DNA of 64,000 bases from Macrostomum hystrix (taxonomy: Eukaryota; Animalia; Platyhelminthes), in contig CATNEN010000038.1 in NCBI GenBank assembly GCA_950097015.1, forward strand, positions 17,856,001 through 17,920,000. The letters are read 5' to 3'. Made by a program: the position numbers and the translations under genes. The notes below the pieces were generated by a model. It did not search any database. It worked only from the letters and a program-made list of their open reading frames with translations, and had not been told where the DNA came from. Shown in pieces: positions 1 through 13,500 of this stretch (position 1 is its first letter; each line of letters starts with the position of its first letter).

Positions 1-1797
1 GCCAATATCCCAGATCCTCAGATTGTTTAGCCAATATCCCAGATCCTCAGATTGTTCAGCTAATATCCCAGATCCTCAGATTGTTTAGCCAATATCCCAG
101 ATCCTCAGATTGTTCAGCCAATATCCCAGATCCTCAGATTGTTCAGCCAATATCCCAGATCCTCAGATTGTTTAGCCAATATCCCAGATCCTCAGATTGT
201 TTAGCCAATATCCCAGATCCTCAGATTGTTCAGCTAATATCCCAGATCCTCAGATTGTTTAGCCAATATCCCAGATCCTCAGATTGTTCAGCTAATATCC
301 CAGATCCTCAGATTGTTTAGCCAATATCCCAGATCCTCAGATTGTTCAGCTAATATCCCAGATCCTCAGATTGTTTAGCCAATATCCCAGATCCTCAGAT
401 TGTTTAGCCAATATCCCAGATCCTCAGATTGTTCAGCTAATATCCCAGATCCTCAGATTGTTTAGCCAATATCCCAGATCCTCAGATTGTTCAGCTAATA
501 TCCCAGATCCTCAGATTGTTTAGCCAATATCCCAGATCCTCAGATTGTTCAGCCAATATCCCAGATCCTCAGATTGTTTAGCCAATATCCCAGATCCTCA
601 GATTGTTCAGCCAATATCCCAGATCCTCAGATTGTTCAGCTAATATCCCAGATCCTCAGATTGTTCAGCTAATATCCCAGATCCTCTGATTGTTCAGCTA
701 ATATCCCAGATCCTCTGATTGTTAAGCCAATATCCCAGATCCTCATATTGTTCAGCTAATATCCCAGATCCTCTGATTGTTCAGCTAATATCCCAGATCC
801 TCATATTGTTCAGCTAATATCCCAGATCCTCATATTGTTAAGCCAATATCCCAGATCCTCAGATTGTTTAGCCAATATCCCAGATCCTCAGATTGTTCAG
901 CCAATATCCCAGATCCTCATATTGTTAAGCCAATATCCCAGATCCTCAGATTGTTTAGCCAATATCCCAGATCCTCAGATTGTTCAGCCAATATCCCAGA
1001 TCCTCAGATTGTTCAGCCAATATCCCAGATCCTCAGGTTGTTCAGCCAATATCCCAGATCCTCAGATTGTTCAGCCAATATCCCAGATCCTCAGATTTTT
1101 CAGCTAATATCCCAGATCCTCAGATTGTTCAGCTAATATCCCAGATCCTCTGATTGTTAAGCCAATATCCCAGATCCTCAGATTGTTTAGCCAATATCCC
1201 AGATCCTCAGATTGTTCAGCCAATATCCCAGATCCTCAGATTGTTCAGCTAATATCCCAGATCCTCAGATTGTTCAGCTAATATCCCAGATCCTCTGATT
1301 GTTAAGCCAATATCCCAGATCCTCAGATTGTTTAGCCAATATCCCAGATCCTCAGATTGTTCAGCCAATATCCCAGATCCTCAGATTGTTCAGCCAATAT
1401 CCCAGATCCTCAGATTGTTCAGCCAATATCCCAGATCCTCAGATTGTTCAGCAAACTAACTCAGATCCTCAGATTGTTCAGCCAATATCCCAGATCCTCA
1501 GATTGTTCAGCCAATATCCCAGATCCTCAGATTGTTCAGCAAACTAACTCAGATCCTCAGATTGTTCAGCCAATATCCCAGATCCTCAGATTGTTCAGCC
1601 AATATCCCAGATCCTCAGATTGTTCAGCCAATATCCCAGATCCTCAGATTGTTCAGCAAACTAACTCAGATCCTCAGATTGTTCAGCAAACTAACTCAGA
1701 TCCTCAGATTGTTCAGCAAACTAACTCAGATCCTCAGATTGTTCAGCAAACTAACTCAGATCCTCAGATTGTTCAGCAAACTAACTCAGATCCTCTT
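1..1797. repeat. Minisatellite, 29-bp unit GCCAATATCCCAGATCCTCAGATTGTTCA, switching to a 30-bp variant (GCAAACTAACTCAGATCCTCAGATTGTTCA) towards the 3' end
   Basis: Near-perfect tandem copies read directly; the array runs off the window start. The ORFs at 81-1849 are its translations. Confidence 0.98.
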
Positions 1798-2290
1798 GTC
1801 TGGAAGTTTTTTGAGTCTTGATTTAAATCTATGCGTTAAGCTGCTGTAAATCACACATTGCTGTGGTGTATTTTTATCGTAAAAGTGCAGCCCACTTTTG
1901 TATTTTTTTTGCTTGGCCTCTTTGTCAAGAATTTACCATCCAATTGGCCTTGATTGGTTTTCGCCTCAATAAGCCGTTTACGAAAATGTAGCCATATTAT
2001 GGAATTACGAACCATAATTTATTAACTTATAAGTTTATAAACTATTCTTTATCTGAAATACTGATAATATTTAGTCTGTTATTACTTAGTGCCATAATTG
2101 GCTGAGTTCTGCTGTGCCGTACTGAATACAATCGTTACTGAAGATCCCACTAGATCCTCAGCTTGAGTTATCCCACCAGATCCTCAGTTTGAGCTATCCT
2201 ATCTGATCCTTGGAGTAACCTCAACAGCTTATTACCATTTCTAATCGATTAACTTTTCAAATCTCGACAGGCTTCTAAATCACAACAGCG

Positions 2291-2548
2291 ATGGAGCACA
2301 TGAGGATAGGCAACAATGGCGACTATTTCATCTGCAACGCCAGCATCGTTGGCAACAACAATCGGATATGGGGCCATCGCAACTCGGTGACCGGCAATTG
2401 CAATCAGATTTGCGGCAATAGCAATACGGTTGTTGGCAACAATAACACTGTGAAAGGATTGAACAATAGCGTGGTCGGGGCCGACAATAGCATAGTCGAC
2501 CTGCCCAGTAACGATGCTGGCAGACGGCAACAGAGCCAGCAGCTGCAT

Positions 2549-2605
<57 letters not shown>

Positions 2606-2995
2606 TCTCCTGACGTGTCGGTGAACATTTGCAATCGCACCAGAGTTCGAATCGACAGTCAGGGCAGGCGGTCATGCGAGAATTTCCACGTCGAACTAAT
2701 TGAACACGGCGCGGGCGGCCCCCGGCAGAGCAGCTCCTGTCCGAGCACGCCGAAGCACTACGACCTGTCCACTTTGGATGGCGCCGATACGGAGTCCGCG
2801 ACCGGCCAGCCAGCAACCAGCTCATGCTCGGTGTGCCTGGGCCGCGAGCGCTGCGTCAAACTGTCGCCCTGTCGTCACGTGCCGATGTGCGTCAGCTGCG
2901 CCCGGCGACTATTTAGTGGGGCTCGAACTCGCACCGTCCTCTGCCCGCTGTGCCGGTCGCCTGTTGAAGAAATTGAAAGACTGTTCCTGGGCTGA
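2291..2995 (+). CDS. Single-exon 234-aa protein: N-terminal xxNx(V/I)xG heptad repeats (beta-roll-like), polyQ, C-terminal C3HC4 RING finger (IAP/MDM2-type); probable E3 ubiquitin ligase
   Basis: ATG-TGA ORF, GC-rich relative to its flanks. RING: CSVC...CVKLSPCRHVPMCVSC...CPLCRSPVEEIERLFLG*. Perfect (CAG)17 at 2552-2602. Confidence 0.85.
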
Positions 2996-3767
2996 GAACT
3001 CTTGTTAGATTATTGTTACAATGGTACAAAGACCATTTCTAATTATTTATAATTTAAGTGACGGGCTCAGCAACGATGCTCCGTAGAATAGAATAAGGTG
3101 GTCTTTCTACTGCAGCTTTAGTAAAAAATTACTACTTTTTGTTATTATTGAAACAAAAAATGCGAAGAAAATTTTTTTCCGCTCTTTCTCACTTGCACTT
3201 AGACTTTTCTTTTCTATTTATCGATTTAATTTCATTTTTTTCTCAGAAATAAATAATTTCCGCTTTTAATATTACTCGCTTTGCACTGTAAGTAGTGCAG
3301 TTCGCATGTGAGCTTATAAAATCGCCATCTTCCCTAAGCGATACTTTTCGGACATGCGGAATTTCTATTTCGTAATTTCTAGTGTTCAACTCGAATTCGA
3401 AAACCTATTTCATTTTTTGTTTGTCCATCAATACATTTTCTGGTTTGAAGTAAAGTTGGAGCGAAATATAAATAGGCGTGAAATATACTGATTGACTACA
3501 CTAAACTGTAGTAATTAAATAAACTGAAGTTTATGTACTTTGTTAACGTCTATTGTAGTAGCCTTATTATTAAGGCACTTTATCCATAAAGCAATAGGAA
3601 CCGGAAGGCGACTGTAAAATATAGACTTATATAAACAATATAGTTATTTTATATCTGCTTATTTTTTTAAAAGACAATTATAGGAAAGAAAGTTTTCCTA
3701 AAAGCTTTAGGAATTATAGGAAAAATTTGTCCAAAAGTCCAGAACCATGACCACTCAATTATCAGCA

Positions 3768-4385
3768 TCTCAACCTGCCACTTCTTCATCTGAGCTGTCA
3801 TCTCAACCTGCCACTTCTTCATCTGAACTGTCATCTCAACCTGCTACTTCTTCATCTGAACTGTCATCTCAACCTGCCACTTCTTCATCTGAACTGTCAT
3901 CTCAACCTGCCACTTCTTCATCTAAGCTGTCATCTCAACCTGCCACTTCTTCATCTGAACTGTCATCTCAACCTGCCACTTCTTCATCTGAACTGTCATC
4001 TCAACCTGCCACTTCTTCATCTGAACTGTCATCTCAACCTGCCACTTCTTCATCTGAACTGTCATCTCAACCTGCCACTTCTGCATCTGAACTATCATCT
4101 CAACCTGCCACTTCTTCATCTGAACTGTCATCTCAACCTGCCACTTCTTCATCTGAACTGTCATCTCAACCTGCCACTTCTTCATCTGAACTGTCATCTC
4201 AACCTGCCACTTCTGCATCTGAACTATCATCTCAACCTGCCACTTCTGCATCTGAACTGCCATCTCAACCTGCCACTTCTTCATCTGAACTGTCATCTCA
4301 ACCTGCCACTTCTTCATCTGAACTGTCATCTCAACCTGTCACTTCTTCTGAACTGTCATCTCAACCTGCCACTTCTTCATCCGAA
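3768..4385. repeat. 33-bp minisatellite CTGCCACTTCTTCATCTGAACTGTCATCTCAAC (about 18 copies), inside an ATG-initiated S/T/P-rich ORF at 3747-4394
   Basis: Tandem copies seen directly; translates as (SSQPATSSSEL)n. Coding status unproven. Confidence 0.95.
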
Positions 4386-4899
4386 ATTCCTTGAGTTGGC
4401 TTTTTCATATGCTGAAAAGTTTACATGCGATTGCAAATTTAGAGTCATTATTTGGAGCTTATCATATTTTTACTTTATAATTGCTTTTATATTTTCCTTG
4501 TACGATTTTTCTCACTCTTTTCAGCTTGAACCATGATTTTATGGTTCCATTTTGTCTTTACTCGTAGAACCAACATGTTATTCAAGGTATTTGAAAAAGC
4601 GTCAAGTAGCATAGGCGAGCTTATTGCAACTAGCAACATATTATCTTTTCATTTTTTAACTTGGTTCTCTCCTTTTTTTGTTAATTTTATGATTTTTCTG
4701 AGCATGCTAAAAAACACAAGCCTGTTTGTTAGCTGATTATATATTTTTCTTGAGTTTTTCTTATGTTTAAAATCAGTTAAGCATAACCGACAGACATTCT
4801 CTAATGTTACTTCATTGGTTTTTGTGAAACAATAAAATTTATTGTCAAACGACGGTAAGATTTGTGGTTCTCGCCTTTTTTTAAGGGATCGGAAGGAAG

Positions 4900-5812
4900 A
4901 CATTCTCAGTGAGATTGGAAAGTGGATTCTCAGTGAGATTGGGAAGTGGATTTTAGTGAGATTGGGAAGCGGATTTTAGTGAGATTGGGAAGTGGATTCT
5001 CAGTGAGATTGGGAAGTGGATTCTCAGTGGGATTGGGAAGCGGATTCTCAGTGAGATTGGGAAGTGGACTCTCAGTGGGATTGGGAAGTGGATTCTCAGT
5101 GGAATTGGGAAGTGGATTCTCAGTGGGATTGGGAAGTGGATTCTCAGTGGAATTGGGAAGTGGATTCTCAGTGGAATTGGGAAGTAGATTCTCAGTGGGA
5201 TAAGGAAGTGGACTCTAGTGGGATTGGCAAGTGGATTCTCAGTGGGATAAGGAAGTGGACTCTAGTGGGATTGGCAAGTGGATTCTCAGTGGGATAAGGA
5301 AGTGGACTCTAGTGGGATTGGCAAGTGGATTCTCAGTGGGATAAGGAAGTGGATTCTGAGTGGGATTGGGAAGTGGATTCTCAGTGAGATTGGGAAGTGG
5401 ATTCTCAGTGAGATTGGGAAGTGGATTCTAAATGGGATTAGGAAGTGGATTCTCAGTGGGATTGGGAAGTGGACTCTCAGTGGAATTGGGAAGTGGATTC
5501 TAAATGGGATTAGGAAGTGGATTCTCAGTGGGATAAGGAAGTGGACTTTAGTAGGATTGGCAAGTGGATTCTCAGTGGAATAAGGAAGTGGATTCTGAGT
5601 GGGATTGGGAATTGGATTCTCAGTGGGATTGGCGAGTGGATTCTCAGTGGGATTGGCAAGTGGATTCTCAGTGGGATTGGGAAGTGGATTCTAAATGGGA
5701 TTAGGAAGTGGATTCTCAGTGGGATAAGGAAGTGGACTCTCAGTGAGATTGTGAATAGGATTCTCAGTGGGATTGTGAACAGGATTCTCAGTGGGATTGT
5801 GAACAGTATTCT
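4900..5812 (+). repeat. 24-bp G-rich minisatellite GATTCTCAGTGGGATTGGGAAGTG (heterogeneous array)
   Basis: Tandem copies with 23/24-bp variants. Confidence 0.97.
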
Positions 5813-6909
5813 TAGTTGTTGGAATGGGTGACCGGTTTTGAAATAACAAAGACCTTAGCACTGAAGACATTAGAATATAATCTTTAGAGGTTTTTCAAGT
5901 CTCAAATTTCTAATTCGGGTCAGAGTTAAGAAATTTATAAAAGCGAAAGAGCAGACAGAAGAAGACAAATTTTGGTTGCCAAAGCAGATTGAAGTTAATT
6001 GCGGTGGCGTCTAGGACAGGTGTAAGTGAAACAAATCCTCGCTTCTATTGACGCTTCGTAAATTATGAAATTACAAAGACACGGCAACAACAGAATAAGA
6101 ACATCTTATTATCTAGGATTAACCTGGGCCATTCACTATAGCAATACAATATCAAAGCAGAGCGTTGTTGAAAACAATTAATAAATTAAACACGACAAAC
6201 AAATCGAATATAATTTGTGCAACAAACAAAGCAATAAAATAAAGAACGCAGCAAAAACAGTGGGCAACTAATAATGTACAATGGAACTTCACAAGCGCAT
6301 TGCAACAGGCCACAAGGTTGAGAGGTTTGTGAAACAAATAAAAACTAATTCACTGACAGGTGTTGAAAAAAAGCAAGCTTGGAAAAAATTAACAAAATAG
6401 ATAACAAAGTATAAAAAAGCAAAGACTTTAGTTGCACCAAGTAGGATTCTCACTCCATGCGATGGCAATGTTTGATAATTAATTCAAAGCTTACAATGCC
6501 ACTTTAGTTGTTACACATTGGAGGTCGGCATTAATGCTTGCAAATAGAAACAAAACAAGTTAATTGGCGCGATTAAAAATGTTGATAGTTTTTTTGTTAT
6601 AAACGCACGCGTTATAGATGCTTAGTAGTAGAATAAAAATAGAAAATCAACTGACACAAAACTAACAAGATGGAAAATTATTGGCATATGGCTGACTAAG
6701 TGCTAAATTGCTATATAGATTCCACTGTATAGATAGATAACTTCTTCGAAAGATACATTTATACTGCCATATGGTCATTGTAGGAATCTGATAGATTGTG
6801 TAGCTTCACACTCAGCGAATGTTAACAAACCCTTTAAACTCTGCTAACATATTAAATCTTAACAGAAAACTTCTTCATGCCTTTTTTTAACATACGGCAA
6901 TAAACTTAC

Positions 6910-8092
6910 TCCCAATCCCACTGAGAATCCACATCCCAATCCCACTGAGAATCCACTTCCCAATCCCACTGAGAATCTACTTCTCAATCCCACTGAGAAT
7001 CTACTTCCCAATCCCACTGAGAATCTACTTCCCAATCCCACTGAGAATCCACTTCCCAATCCCACTGAGAATCCACTTCCCAACCCCACTGAGAATCCAC
7101 TTCCCAACCCCACTGAGAATCCACATCCCAATCCCACTGAGAATCCACTTCCCAATCCCACTGAGAATCCACTTCCCAATCCCACTGAGAATCCACATCC
7201 CAATCCCACTGAGAATCTACTTCCCAATCCCACTGAGAATCTACTTCCCAATCCCACTGAGAATCTACTTCCCAATCCCACTGAGAATCTACTTCCCAAT
7301 CCCACTGAGAATCTACTTCCCAATCCCACTGAGAATCCACTTCCCAATCCCACTGAGAATCTACTTCCCAATCCCACTGAGAATCTACTTCCCAATCCCA
7401 CTGAGAATCTACTTCCCAATCCCACTGAGAATCTACTTCCCAATCCCACTGAGAATCCACTTCCCAATCCCACTGAGAATCTACTTCCCAATCCCACTGA
7501 GAATCTACTTCCCAATCCCACTGAGAATCTACTTCCCAATCCCACTGAGAATCCACTTCCCAATCCCACTGAGAATCTACTTCCCAATCCCACTGAGAAT
7601 CTACTTCCCAATCCCACTGAGAATCTACTTCCCAATCCCACTGAGAATCTACTTCCCAATCCCACTGAGAATCTACTTCCCAATCCCACTGAGAATCTAC
7701 TTCCCAATCCCACTGAGAATCTACTTCCCAATCCCACTGAGAATCTACTTCCCAATCCCACTGAGAATCCACTTCCCAATCCCACTGAGAATCTACTTCC
7801 CAATCCCACTGAGAATCTACTTCCCAATCCCACTGAGAATCTACTTCCCAATCCCACTGAGAATCCACTTCCCAATCCCACTGAGAATCTACTTCCCAAT
7901 CCCACTGAGAATCTACTTCCCAATCCCACTGAGAATCTACTTCCCAATCCCACTGAGAATCTACTTCCCAATCCCACTGAGAATCTACTTCCCAATCCCA
8001 CTGAGAATCTACTTCCCAATCCCACTGAGAATCCACTTCCCAACCCCACTGAGAATCCACTTCCTAATCCCACTGAGAATTCACTTCCTAAT
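6910..8092 (-). repeat. Same 24-bp minisatellite in inverted orientation (CCCAATCCCACTGAGAATCYACTT), homogeneous array of about 49 copies
   Basis: Reverse complement of the unit at 4900-5812. Confidence 0.97.
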
Positions 8093-10555
8093 ATACTCCT
8101 GATTGTATATAAAAAGACCAGGTATCCTTTCATAAAGAATTGTCAGTAGGTCTACTCTGAATTGGACTCTAATCTAGAGTTGCAGCACTGAGTAGAGTTA
8201 AGCTACATAGCAATCAGTATCTAAAAAAACACAATATCAAAACAAAGAGTCAACAATTGTTAGAAACTACGAGTACAATAAAAAATAAAAGATTGCATGC
8301 ATAACAATAGGTTTTGTTGCTGTGCGCATTTGGGTTTTGAAGACGAATTACTGAGAAGTATATCATGTGTCTGCATATACGTATGCATATGCATATGTAT
8401 ATGCATATGCATATACGTGAATACATATATCATATCACAGGTAAATGTGCATTAAATTAAAAAATCTCAAGTTTGATATAAGTCAAACTTACTTTTTCAC
8501 ACCTAATATCAAACAATAGATATATAATAGATCGATATAAGTTATGAATGCCCAGACTTTGATTACACAAACAGTAAGATAAAGCGAGCATGTAAGTAAG
8601 CGAAACCGGGACACTAAGATTGGCTAAACTGAGTCTTAGTACTCGAATCACACTTGATTATTGTAATTGTAATTACTCAAAAATCAAAGGGAGTTGATAG
8701 GATTTCATGTTACTATAAATAATAATAATAATAATAACAAGCTGCAAAAGCAGAACAGAAGTGCAATTTAATATACAGACATTGTGTGTGACAATAGGGG
8801 AAGATAGACGAAAAGTTAGAAGTTAGAAAACTGTGCAAGAAATTTAACAAAAAAGTTTTTTTACAAATTTTACAAATCCTAAATATATAAAGAGAGAGTG
8901 AATATCATTGTTTGATAGGTAAACAAAAACAAATTTACTAGTAAACATCTTTATGAAGCACTGAAATCACATTGTCTGTTAAATAATCAACAACAACAAC
9001 AACAACAAAAAACTGACTGGTTGTGGCCGCAAAGTGTCTGAACTGAACAAATAAATTTAAGCAAACGATGCAGTGAAAGTTGTTAGTTAATTGCAGAAAA
9101 CACTAATGTATAAATATGGAGATTTGACAAGGTACGGTTATAGCAGTAGATATAATGCTTGGTAAACAAATTCACATAGGAAAAGTTTTCAAATATGTCA
9201 ATATCAGAATTGACTATATAGATCGAAGTTTATTATAGACAGGTCAGACCTGGCTATTTCCCTCCTGCATGGTCTTTCTACTGTTGTCATTCAATTTTTT
9301 GTTTAACTTTTCAAACTGAATACTTGAAACTTGATGACATATTCGACGACAAAACCCTTGATGCTTATCGAAAGAAAGCACAACAAACTAACGGAAATAA
9401 GTAAAACTGATGTCTCAGAACAAACTACTTACTGCTGCAGTAATATTAAATGACTAATATTATTGGAGGTAAAAAAAGCACACAATAAATTAACTAAAAA
9501 AATGTGGAATTCAGAAAATTCAGACTGCAAACAAACAGAAAAGGCAACTAGATGCTAGATTTGAAATGAAAGTACAAGACGAGACGCACGGGATTAGGCG
9601 TTAGCTTTGAGCACAATTTAATGAACAGAGGTTAAAACAATTGATTGAAAAGCAGAGAACATAGGTAGGGTGTCTAGCAGGCAAGTGTACAAAGTACAAT
9701 CAAGTTTATCACTCGATAGTCAATCGCAGAAGGAAACACAGCTTAGCAAAACAGAATAAATTTATAGATAAATTATGAGCAGCTTGTTCCCTTAATTAGT
9801 TAGGTTTACTATATTGCACACACCTTCAATCTACGTTTTAAATTAAATCATAATATAGAAAACAATGGCTAGGCCAATATTGTCAATTTATTGTTAGGTA
9901 ATAGTGACGGAATAGAATAAGCACACTTTGTGACTACTTGTTAAAAGTAGGACAGACGCTTAAACGATTTCTAGTAGCAAGCGCAGACGGTTGTGTTAAA
10001 AATTAGACGCGAAATAAAAGCACAAAAATTGCATTCGTCTAACGATTAAGTTAGAGAAAAGGTTTCCGAAGAAAAATATTCGCAACTTGCTACTGAAAAC
10101 ATAGTAAGTAGTAGTAATAAGTAGCAGAGTATTTCGAAATTTGATTTTATAACAAAACTAAACGCACCAAGCAATTGAGAGTTGAATGAATGGAAAAATT
10201 CAATTGTTAAATTGTTGATCAGTCCGATGTGAAAGACAACAACGGAATTGGGCTGTGCAATACGGGCCTTCTGCTGCCAGCTCTGCTAACTAATGTGGCG
10301 AAACTAGAAAAAAGCAACATATTTTTTTCTACCGAGTGGCCTAAAAATAGATATAATTCAAAACATGGCGATACGAAACAAATAATTCTCTAAATTCCAT
10401 TTTTATCAAGCCATTTTTGGATTCTCAATTCACCATCTAAAATGAAAAGCTAAAAAAGGAAATTGAAGACATATCAGAGCAGTTTAAGCCGCAATTCCAG
10501 AGATTTAATATTTAATAACGGAAGCTGCTAACTGATTTATTAGAGTCGAAATTGC

Positions 10556-13500
10556 TCACATCTGATCGATGCCCTGATCGCCCCAGCCAGCAGCCGCTGG
10601 CCAACCGCCGACTGCGGCAGCCACCGCCGGTAACTGCTGCTGCTGCTGCTGCTGCTGCGGCGGCATGGACGGTTGTGCTGGCTGAGAAACCACCGGATTA
10701 TTATTAACAATGGTTTCAGCGTCGGCATCGCTAACTAAAACAATTTGTTGTGCCAGGCTGCTAATATTCTTAGTGGCCTTGTCGGCCTCATCTCTGCTAC
10801 CAAATTTCACCATGGCCCATTGGTTCATTGGGCCAACGTGAAGGGCTAGCACTCGACCCTGCTGGTTGCAGATCATGCTTAGCACATCGCGATTAATCTG
10901 CGGATTTAATTGACGAATGAGTAGGCAACGCTGCTGCTGCTGCTGTTGCTGAGCCTGCGGCTGCTGCCAACGCGAGCCGGGAGCAGCATTAACCTGCTGC
11001 TGCTGCTGCTGTTGCTGAGGTCGGTTAACAGCCCTGGATACCGCGGCGTCAGAAGAACTAGAATTCAGATGCTGCTCGAGTGTCTCGTGAGTAACAGAGA
11101 ACAGGCCGTCCTTGTAGCCACCGGCCCACGGTTGGCCGGGAACAAATTCGGGTATTTTGTCCATCACCTCGCCGGAGATGAGGGCGTTAGCTGCGGCGGC
11201 AGAGGACGGCATCTCGGAGTAGGATCGTTGGAAAGACTGGTACTGCTGCTGCTGCTGCTGCTGCTGAATGCTCGGATTCGACAAACTCGAATGCAGCGGC
11301 GGTACTTTGCCTGATCCGCCAAATTGGGAAGCGGCATCGGGAATGTCCGGGGATCTGGGAATGGGAAGAAATATTATGTTGATTAGGTAACCGCATCTAG
11401 ATCCCAATTAGGAAATATTTTGATCAAAACTCCTAAGATGCAAATTTTAATTTTCATAAAACCAGTTCCCAGTCCATTAGAATCTAGATTTCAATCCTTT
11501 AGAATTTAGATCCCAATCCATTAGAATTTATATCCCAATCCATCAGAATCTAGATCCTAATCCATCAGAATCTAGATCCTAATCTATTAGAATCTAGATC
11601 CCAATTCATCAGAATCCAGATCCCAATCCATTAGAATCTGGATCCCAATCTATTAGAATCTGGATCCCAATCCATCAGAATTTATATCCCAATCCATCGG
11701 AATCTAGATCCTAATCCATCAGAATTTAGATCCCAATCTATTAGAATCTAGATCACAATCTATTAGAATCTGGATCCCAATCTATCAGAATCTAGATCCT
11801 AATCCATCAGAATCTAGATCCCAATCTATTAGAATCTAGATCCCAATCCATCAGAATCTAGATCCTAATCCATCAGAATCCAGATCCCAATCCATTAGAA
11901 TCTGGATCCCAATCTATTAGAATCTGGATCCCAATCCATCAGAATTTATATCCCAATCCATCAGAATCTAGATCCTAATCCATTAGAATCTGGATCCCAA
12001 TCCATCAGAATTTATATCCCAATCCATCAGAATCTAGATCCCAATCCATCAGAATCTAGATCCTAATCCATCAGAATATAGATCCCAATCTATTAGAATC
12101 TAGATCACAATCTATTAGAATCTGGATCCCAATCTATCAGAATCTAGATCCTAATCCATCAGAATCTAGATCCCAATCTATTAGAATCTAGATCCCAATC
12201 CATCAGAATCTAGATCCTAATCCATCAGAATCCAGATCCCAATCCATCAGAATCTGGATCCCAATCCATCAGAATTTAGATCCCAATCTATTAGAATCTA
12301 GATGTCAATCCATTAGAATCTAGATCCCAATCTATTTTACATGATATCGCAATTAACTAATAAATCTAGAACCTGATTCAAAGTTATATTATTGTTCCGG
12401 ACAATATCTTACATGTAAAAGTACTTACCTGTTCCAAGCATCGTAGCGACTCCTACCGCCAGTAGAATCTCCCATATCGAAATTCTTTAACTGATCCACC
12501 AGTTGCAGTTGCTGTTGCATCGGCGGCGGCTGATGCGTTGGCGGCATCGACTGCGGCGGCTGCTGCTGGCCCTGACCAGTGCGAGACTGCAACTGCTGGC
12601 TCAACTGTTGAATAGTACTCTTCAACAATAGGATCTTCTGATTGACATCCTGCAGCTGGGCGGTGGCTTGGCTCTGACCAACAGAGATCTGGGGCGACCG
12701 CATGCTGGCGGCAATCTTCTGCTGTTGAGCAGTCAGGGCGTGCAGCTGATTCTGATGAAATATTAGTTGGTGTACAAGCTTCAAATCGGCCTGGCTCATG
12801 TTCTGATTTGGCATAAGAGTGTTGGGCGATATAATTCTGTTCTGCACGGCCAGGCGCAGCTGTTGGATGATCTGGTCACGCATCAGATCCCTAGTGGGAT
12901 TCGGCCCAACCGCCGCTCCGGCTGCCTGGGGTGGCACACCGGGGCCAGGGCGCATGCCATGCGGACCACCACCGCCGCCGCCGCCGGGAAAGATCGCCCT
13001 CGAAGGCGGCTGCTGCTGCTGTTGTTGAAGAGACAACGGAGGCGGCGGCTGCTGTGGTTGTTGATGGTGAATACCCAGAGGCGGCGGCATTTGGTGCTGC
13101 ATAGGATGGCCGGCGCCTAGCGGAGGCGGCGGCATCGGCGGCATCTGGGAGCCGAGCGGCCCGGTACCAGGCGCGCCGCTTCGGGCGCGGAGTTCGTTAA
13201 GAGCCATGTCAACATTCATGTTGCAGCTGATTAGGGCGGCTGTGGCGTCCTCCTTTGAGAAGCCAATATCAACCTGGGTGAGGATTAAGGATAGGAGCTT
13301 AAAGTTCGATTGCAATTTGAATATGGTAGGCTGAAGGTTAGAAATGACAGCCAGAGATTAGATATAAATTTCAGAGATAAGAAATGACAGTCAGAGATAA
13401 GAAATGACAGTCAGAGATAAGAAATGACAGTCAGAGATAAGAAATGACAGTCAGAGATAAGAATTGACAGTCAGGGATAAGAAATGACAGTCAGAGATAA

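Noticed and set aside
1-1849. ORFs in the 29-bp array; CRISPR-like appearance
   Set aside because: Head-to-tail repeats with no unique spacers and no cas genes; the ORFs are repeat translations.
6859-8133. 424-aa ORF (GSRFSVGL)n with an ATG, a weakly hydrophobic start and a GTAAGT just after the array
   Set aside because: A 24-bp unit without stops keeps frames open automatically, and the sister array has frameshifting 23-bp variants. Not called without expression data.
8370-8432. Self-complementary ATATGC-type run as a possible pre-miRNA hairpin
   Set aside because: Low-complexity purine-pyrimidine microsatellite; the self-pairing is trivial.
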